In this document: positions 58,491-64,000 of the stretch, in pieces | Layout of the letters: each line of letters begins with the position of its first letter | Position numbering within the stretch: position 1 is the first letter of the stretch | Origin: Desulfatiglandaceae bacterium | Lineage (GTDB): Bacteria > Desulfobacterota > DSM-4660 > Desulfatiglandales > Desulfatiglandaceae | Assembly (NCBI GenBank): GCA_046498185.1 | Contig: JAWOBE010000179.1 | Coordinates: forward strand, 48,583 to 112,582 | Length of the DNA: 64,000 nucleotides | Direction of reading: 5' to 3' | Translations under genes and position numbers: made by a program | The notes under the pieces: model-generated | The model's database searches: none | The model's input: only the letters and a program-made list of their open reading frames with translations | Told to the model about the DNA's origin: nothing

Positions 58491-59402
58491 ATGAATATAT
58501 TCATCACAGGGGGGACAGGCTTCGTCGGAAGCCGCCTGACAGAGCACTTGACTGCACTCGGCCACGGGGTGACCGTTCTCACCCGTAAACCTCCGTCCGG
58601 GCAGCCTTCAACTGGAATTTCCTATGTGACCGGCGATCCAGCCTCCGGCGGACCCTGGCAGCAGGCGGCAGCCGATCATGAAGCATTGATAAATCTGGCA
58701 GGCGCCAGCATTTTCAAGCGATGGAGTGATGACTATAAGAAAGTGATACTTCAGAGCAGGCTGGACACCACCCGGAATCTAACGGAGGCGGCCGGACGGA
58801 CGGGCTCTTCGGTGAAAGTGATGTTGAGTGCATCGGCGGTCGGTTATTACGGCTCCAGGGGAGATCAGGAACTTACAGAGGATGACGAACCCGGTGACGA
58901 TTTCCTCGCTTCTGTGTGCCGCCACTGGGAAGAAGCCGCTGCCTCGGCGGAAAACTTCGGCGTGCGCGTCGTTTTGTGTCGGCTGGGAATCGTACTGGGC
59001 CGCGACGGCGCAGCACTCTCGAAAATGCTCCCGCTTTATAAACACCGCCTGGGGGCAAGACTCGGAACAGGGGAAAACTGGTTTTCCTGGGTGCACATAG
59101 ATGACTTGGCTAAAGCGTTCGGAAATCTTCTCGAGGACGAAGAAATCCATGGCCCTGTGAATATTACGGCGCCCCAGCCGGTGCGGTTCGGTCAATTTCA
59201 TAGGGCTCTTTCCGCCGCTGTCGATAAAACTCAAATCGTGCCGCCCGTCCCTTCTTTCCTCGTGAGGTTGGTGCTTGGGGATTTCGGCCGGGTGTTGACC
59301 GAAGGGCAGCGCGTGTATCCCCGGGTTCTTTTGCAACAAAAATTCCGTTTCGCGTTTCCGGAACTCCAACCGGCTTTGAAAAACCTTGTCGGAATCTCCT
59401 GA
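58491..59402 (+). CDS. TIGR01777-type NAD-dependent epimerase/dehydratase family protein (YfcH-like)
   Basis: N-terminus reads MNIFITGGTGFVGSRL, and the C-terminal region is DUF1731-like. Confidence 0.8.
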   Translation: MNIFITGGTGFVGSRLTEHLTALGHGVTVLTRKPPSGQPSTGISYVTGDPASGGPWQQAAADHEALINLAGASIFKRWSDDYKKVILQSRLDTTRNLTEAAGRTGSSVKVMLSASAVGYYGSRGDQELTEDDEPGDDFLASVCRHWEEAAASAENFGVRVVLCRLGIVLGRDGAALSKMLPLYKHRLGARLGTGENWFSWVHIDDLAKAFGNLLEDEEIHGPVNITAPQPVRFGQFHRALSAAVDKTQIVPPVPSFLVRLVLGDFGRVLTEGQRVYPRVLLQQKFRFAFPELQPALKNLVGIS

Positions 59403-59430
59403 AACCCGGCGCACCAAAGGTAAACATGAT

Positions 59431-60438
59431 ATGGCTTGTCTGAAAACAGGAAAAATCGACCCTGAACTTCTGGGGAAATTACTCGATCGCTATACATTCT
59501 CGGAGAACAGGGTGACGATCGGAGCAGGAATCGGAGAAGACGCCGCCGCCATTGAAATCGGAGACGGCTATCTGCTCGCCAAAACAGACCCGATAACCCA
59601 CGTCACGGACAGGATAGGTTATTACGCCGTCCATATCAATGCGAATGACATTGCAGCGATGGGTGGCACACCCGGGTGGTTTCTTGCAACAGTGTTGATG
59701 CCCCAGGGAAGCAAATTTGAAGATCTGGACAAAATCTTTTCACAAATTTCAGGAACATGCAAAGGCCTCGGCATTTCCTACTGCGGTGGCCACACCGAAA
59801 TTACGACTTCCGTCAAAAACCCGGTGGTGGTCGGACAAATGCTGGGCGAAGCTCCGAAAGAAGGGCTCAAGCCAACCTCCGGCGCCAGGGAAGGCGATTC
59901 AATAATAATGACCAAATGTGCGGCAATCGAAGCCACCGCGATCATCTCGATCGAGCTGGAAAACGAATTGCGCAAAATTTTTCCTGCAAAGTTGCTCGAA
60001 CGCGCGAAGAATTACCTCTTAAATCCTGGTATCAGCGTCGTAAAAGATGCGCGCGTGCTAGCCGAAATGTCTGCGGTCCACGCATTGCATGACCCGACCG
60101 AAGGAGGAATCGCGACCGGCATTTTCGAAATAGCCGAAGCGAGTGGCCTGGGCGTCACTTTGAACGCGGACGACATCCCGATAAGCGAAGAAACCAGGCT
60201 CTTGTGTGAACACCTGGATATAAACCCGCTGGGGACTTTCGCTTCGGGATCTCTCCTCGCGGCGATAGACAAAGGGGCGGTCGACGAAGCCCTAAGGCGG
60301 CTTCATAAAGCCGGGATCCCGGCTTGCACGGTAGGGGAGACCGGGCCTTCAGACGACGGAAAATGGTTGAACCGAGGAGGAATCCGCACACCGCTCCCCG
60401 TGTTTCACCAGGACGAACTGTCCAAAATTCTGGGCTGA
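59431..60438 (+). CDS. AIR-synthase-superfamily (PurM/HypE/SelD-like fold) protein of unknown function
   Basis: Contains GEDAAAIEIGDGYLLAKTDP, NDIAAMGGTP and HDPTEGG. The start is ATG 59431. Confidence 0.7.
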   Translation: MACLKTGKIDPELLGKLLDRYTFSENRVTIGAGIGEDAAAIEIGDGYLLAKTDPITHVTDRIGYYAVHINANDIAAMGGTPGWFLATVLMPQGSKFEDLDKIFSQISGTCKGLGISYCGGHTEITTSVKNPVVVGQMLGEAPKEGLKPTSGAREGDSIIMTKCAAIEATAIISIELENELRKIFPAKLLERAKNYLLNPGISVVKDARVLAEMSAVHALHDPTEGGIATGIFEIAEASGLGVTLNADDIPISEETRLLCEHLDINPLGTFASGSLLAAIDKGAVDEALRRLHKAGIPACTVGETGPSDDGKWLNRGGIRTPLPVFHQDELSKILG

Positions 60439-60456
60439 CAATCGCGGAGTCGAATT

Positions 60457-61503
60457 TCACACCATTGGGAGGTTGAAAGCCTCTGCTAAAGTATAATCGT
60501 AGGGTGGACGAAGTACCCCCCTTTCGGTAATTATCGCATCGACATATTCCGCGGGTGTAATGTCAAAGGCCGGGTTAAACGCCTCAATCCCCTCGGGCCC
60601 CAAAGATTTTCCGGCTATTGTGGTCACCTCCGAGGGATCTCGCTTCTCCACGGGGATGAAATCACCACTCGAAACAGACAGGTCGATAGTGGACAACGGA
60701 GCGGCGACATAGAATGGAATGCCGTTCGTGCGGGCGAGAACAGCCAGCTGATACGTTCCGATTTTATTGGCTACATCGCCGTTCGCGGCTATCCGATCAG
60801 CCCCGGTCACCACTGCATCGACGCCCCCGAACCGCATCATGTAACCGGCCGCACTGTCTACGATGACCGTCACCGGGATGCCCTCCATTTTCAATTCAAA
60901 GGATGTCAGCCGTAAACCCTGCAGCCATGGCCTTGTTTCCCCGGCTACGACGCGTATATGTTTCCCGGCCGAAGCCGCCGCCCGGATCACTCCGAGCGCG
61001 GTACCGTAACCGCCGGTCGCAAGGGCGCCGGCGTTGCAGTGTGTCATAATGAGAGCCGGGTCCGGTATCAACTTCTCGCCGTACCGGCCTATCGCGTGGT
61101 TGATCTCAATATCTTCATTGAGAAGAGATGTCGCTTCCCTCCGAAGAGCTTCCACGATTTGTTCGACCGGGCTGTCTTTAAGGCCCTCGACCACAGCCTG
61201 CATGCGCTCGACCGCCCATTTGAGATTGACCGCCGTAGGTCGTGCGGCCAGGATTTCGCTTGCGATGCGTTCGAATTCATTAAAAAATCTCGAGGGTGCA
61301 CGCGAAGCAGCACGACGGGCGCCTATTGCAAGGCCCATAGCCGCAGCGATTCCTATAGCCGGGGCGCCCCGAATAACCATATTCCGGATCCCACGGATCA
61401 CATCCTTGTAGCTGCGGCAAGTGTACCATTGCACATGCGCAGGCAGTTTTCGCTGATCTACCATCCGCACATCGAGCCCATGCCATTCGATCGTCGGAAC
61501 CAT
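60457..61503 (-). CDS. mtnA: S-methyl-5-thioribose-1-phosphate isomerase (eIF-2B-related family)
   Basis: Contains MVIRGAPAIGIAAA, THCNAGALAT and VVTGADRIAANGD. Confidence 0.85.
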   Translation of the reverse strand: MVPTIEWHGLDVRMVDQRKLPAHVQWYTCRSYKDVIRGIRNMVIRGAPAIGIAAAMGLAIGARRAASRAPSRFFNEFERIASEILAARPTAVNLKWAVERMQAVVEGLKDSPVEQIVEALRREATSLLNEDIEINHAIGRYGEKLIPDPALIMTHCNAGALATGGYGTALGVIRAAASAGKHIRVVAGETRPWLQGLRLTSFELKMEGIPVTVIVDSAAGYMMRFGGVDAVVTGADRIAANGDVANKIGTYQLAVLARTNGIPFYVAAPLSTIDLSVSSGDFIPVEKRDPSEVTTIAGKSLGPEGIEAFNPAFDITPAEYVDAIITERGVLRPPYDYTLAEAFNLPMV

Positions 61504-61522
61504 CAGAGCCTCCCGAAGAAAG

Positions 61523-62605
61523 TTAAACGTCTATGCGCTCCACCCATCCGCGGGTATCGGGGAGATCTCCGTACTGAAGCCCGATAAGTTCATCATACAG
61601 TCTCCTGGAAAGCTCTCCCATCGTTCCGCCGCCAACCACGTAATCACGATTCTTGAAATTGATCCTCCCCACAGGGGAAATCACGGCTGCGGTACCTGTG
61701 CCGAACGCCTCTTTGAGCGCACCGCTTTCCGCCGCCTCCACCACGTCGTATATCGAAAGCAGCCGTTCGGACACTTTGTAGCCCCAGTCGGTCGCAAGCT
61801 GGATCACCGATTTACGGGTTACGCCAGGAAGAATGCTACCGGAAAGAGGAGCCGTGATCACCTCATCGCCGATCAGGAAAAATATATTCATCGTCCCGAC
61901 TTCTTCCACGTATTTATGCTCCGAGGCATCAAGCCACAAAACCTGGGTGAAGCCCTTCTTTTTCGCCTGTTCGGCCGCCAGCAGGCTCGCAGCGTAATTC
62001 CCGGCCACCTTGGCATCGCCGGTTCCCCCGAGTGCCGCACGGGAAAATCGGTCTTCAACATATATCCCGACCGGATTAAGCCCCTCCTTATAGTAAGCCC
62101 CTACCGGACCTAGGACAATATAAAACAAATATTCTTTGGACGGGCGTACGCCTAGATGGGGTTCGGTCGCGACCATAGTCGGCCTTATATAAAGAGAAGC
62201 GCCATGGCTCTTCGGAATCCAGTCCCTGTCCTGCAGAATCAAGGCCTTCAGACACTTCATCGCAAATTCCACATCCAGCTCCGGCATGCACATCCGTGAG
62301 GCCGACTGATTCATCCGCTCGAAATTGTCTTTTGCCCTGAAAAGATAGATCCCTCCATCGGACCCCGCATAAGCCTTCAACCCTTCGAATATCTCCTGGC
62401 CGTAGTGAAGCCCCATCGCTGCAGGGTCAATGCTTAGGGGGCCGTAAGGTTCGATGCGGGGGTTCACCCAGCCTCCCTCTTCCCGGTAATCCATCAGGAA
62501 CAGGTGGTCCGTGAAAATATCCCCGAAACCCAATTTCGTTTCATCCACCGGTTTATTTTTCATTTTCCCCGGTGAAACTTTTTTTATCACCAATTCCGAT
62601 TCCAT
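61523..62605 (-). CDS. ilvE: Branched-chain amino-acid aminotransferase
   Basis: Contains HYGQEIFEGLKAY and GTGTAAVISPV. GGAGGA lies before ATG 62605. Confidence 0.9.
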   Translation of the reverse strand: MESELVIKKVSPGKMKNKPVDETKLGFGDIFTDHLFLMDYREEGGWVNPRIEPYGPLSIDPAAMGLHYGQEIFEGLKAYAGSDGGIYLFRAKDNFERMNQSASRMCMPELDVEFAMKCLKALILQDRDWIPKSHGASLYIRPTMVATEPHLGVRPSKEYLFYIVLGPVGAYYKEGLNPVGIYVEDRFSRAALGGTGDAKVAGNYAASLLAAEQAKKKGFTQVLWLDASEHKYVEEVGTMNIFFLIGDEVITAPLSGSILPGVTRKSVIQLATDWGYKVSERLLSIYDVVEAAESGALKEAFGTGTAAVISPVGRINFKNRDYVVGGGTMGELSRRLYDELIGLQYGDLPDTRGWVERIDV

Positions 62606-62838
62606 TGCGCTTTCCTCCGTTTTAAGAAATACAGGCTGCAATCTATAGCACACGGTTTGTTTGAACACAACTACCTGATGAAACGGTGACAACTATACTA
62701 CTATATTTCCGTTGACATTCAACCAAACATTGGACTATTAATTTCATATACAAATTGACGAAACATGATATACAGAGAACCCATTCTGCTACCGCATCCA
62801 TAGCCTTAACGACGGTAAGCGTTATTCTAAGACGAGCC

Positions 62839-63459
62839 ATGCCAAAAAAGACTTTGCTTTTTTCATCTATCTTTTCGATTGTTTTCATTTTCTTCAGTGC
62901 CGGAAATATTCTAGCACAGGGGCCGAAAAAAATATTGAGCATCGAAGCCTATGATATGCTCAACACGGTCCCGGATTCTTATCTTGTCGATGTAAGGACG
63001 AGAGCAGAATACCAGTTTGTGGGTCATCCAATAACCGCCTATCACTTTCCTTATATGTTTTTATCCAATGAACTGTTTAAAAACGGAGAAGACTATATTT
63101 ACCGTTTTGATGTTAAAAACAAGGCTTTTATCGAAGAGATAGGAAAAATTTTTAAAAAAACAGACAACCTACTTGTGCTTTGCCGAGACGGTTCACGAAG
63201 TACCGCAGCAGCAGTCGAGCTCTCGGAAGCCGGATTCAAAAATATTTACAATATAGAAGACGGTTTCGAAGGTCCAATGTTTCCCAACTTTTCGGACAGC
63301 AACAAAGACAAATTTTACCGGCAGCTAGCCAAAAGAAACAATATTTACGGCTTCGACCATCGGCGCCATTACGGCTGGCAGTGGTGGGGACTTCCCTGGA
63401 CGTATAATCTCGACCCCAAATACTTATATCCTCCGGATCTTAGCCAGCCGAAAAATTAA
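62839..63459 (+). CDS. Secreted rhodanese-domain protein
   Basis: Signal peptide MPKKTLLFSSIFSIVFIFFSAGNILAQG, then a rhodanese core with the active-site loop CRDGSRS. Confidence 0.75.
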   Translation: MPKKTLLFSSIFSIVFIFFSAGNILAQGPKKILSIEAYDMLNTVPDSYLVDVRTRAEYQFVGHPITAYHFPYMFLSNELFKNGEDYIYRFDVKNKAFIEEIGKIFKKTDNLLVLCRDGSRSTAAAVELSEAGFKNIYNIEDGFEGPMFPNFSDSNKDKFYRQLAKRNNIYGFDHRRHYGWQWWGLPWTYNLDPKYLYPPDLSQPKN

Positions 63460-63571
63460 AATCCCCGAACAACTTTTTCAGCGATTCCAACGAAGGTAAT
63501 GCAATACAGCGCCCGCACCCCGTATAAATCTGCTCGCAGAAGTTTTGTAGATAGAAGGTCAGGCCTTTCTG

Positions 63572-63600
63572 TTGACAAAACCTTGAGCAAGGCTTACCTT
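63572..63600 (+). promoter_or_regulatory. Sigma-70-type promoter candidate for trxA
   Basis: TTGACA, a 17-nt spacer, then TACCTT. Confidence 0.4.
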
Positions 63601-63637
63601 TTAGCTAAATATTGCAGTGGAGGAAAGGAGATCATCG

Positions 63638-63961
63638 ATGGCAGATGTTTTACAGGTTACTGACGACAATTTCGAAAAGGAAATCCTGCAATCCGATATA
63701 CCGGCATTAGTGGATTTCTGGGCTGAATGGTGCGGCCCGTGTAAAATGGTAAGCCCTATTGTAGAAGAACTGGCCAAAGAATATAACGGTAAGGTCAAAG
63801 TTGCTTCGATGGATGTGGATTCCAACAGAAGGACACCCGGCGCCTTCGGAATAAGGAATATACCTACTCTGATTTTTTTCAAAGGAGGCCAGGTGGAACA
63901 AACTGTGATCGGGGCACATCCGAAGAGCTTTCTAGACGAGCAGATCAAAAAGATGCTTTGA
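63638..63961 (+). CDS. trxA: Thioredoxin
   Basis: Contains FWAEWCGPCK. AAGGAG lies 7 nt before ATG 63638; the track start is an upstream GTG. Confidence 0.95.
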   Translation: MADVLQVTDDNFEKEILQSDIPALVDFWAEWCGPCKMVSPIVEELAKEYNGKVKVASMDVDSNRRTPGAFGIRNIPTLIFFKGGQVEQTVIGAHPKSFLDEQIKKML

Positions 63962-64000
63962 ATGCAATCTCTCCTTCTTTAATCCCCGCCCTCGCTCAGC

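Noticed and set aside
59431-60438. Calling the AIR-synthase-superfamily gene selD (selenophosphate synthetase).
   Set aside because: It lacks the glycine-rich GxG(C/U)GCK loop of SelD. Its internal motifs (HDPTEGG) resemble HypE-type relatives more closely. Only a weak N-terminal Cys/Lys resemblance remains.
1-64000. CRISPR arrays, insertion sequences, prophage or integrase genes, toxin-antitoxin or defence islands.
   Set aside because: I noticed no direct-repeat/spacer periodicity, no transposase, integrase or recombinase-like translation, and no terminal inverted repeats. Gene content is chromosomal housekeeping plus energy metabolism.

Overview
This 64-kb window is chromosomal and densely coding. 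I support about 55 protein genes and one tRNA-His. I saw no transposase or integrase genes and no CRISPR array. The gene content suggests an anaerobic sulfate-reducing or syntrophic Desulfobacterota-like bacterium: a tungsten aldehyde:ferredoxin oxidoreductase (AOR), CooC/CooT, many ferredoxins, HdrA/MvhD selenoproteins, selA, sigma-54 regulators and a 2-hydroxyacyl-CoA dehydratase with its activase. That taxon is inference only.

Layout:
- 1-6.5 kb: a minus-strand gene string running NifX-like, ferredoxin, USP, ferredoxin, CooC, CooT, HD, DUF89, AOR. It lies behind a sigma-54 promoter, and the AOR is missing from the ORF track because it runs off the window edge.
- 6.7-8.1 kb: a PAS/sigma-54 enhancer-binding protein (EBP).
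- 8.5-17.5 kb: the most unusual locus. A sigma-54-driven four-gene operon encodes a 16-Cys protein with a lysine-less GcvH-like domain, two giant tandem HdrA-like proteins and an MvhD-like protein fused to a winged helix. Three of these genes are interrupted by in-frame UGA (selenocysteine) codons, and each UGA is followed by a hairpin after exactly 15 nt. No HdrBC, hydrogenase or formate dehydrogenase partner is encoded nearby.
- 17.7-20.6 kb: a histidine kinase and an NtrC-type regulator.
- 21-64 kb: mostly housekeeping genes (ydbH/ydbL-like, an amino-acid ABC transporter, MscS, purM, recG, hom, adk, selA, hup, gmhA, ispF, uvrB, mtnA, ilvE, trxA). This stretch also holds a cluster of an FAD/Fe-S oxidoreductase, a dehydratase, an activase, a CoA ligase and a thiolase.

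All functional calls come from reading motifs in the translations. No database search was possible.
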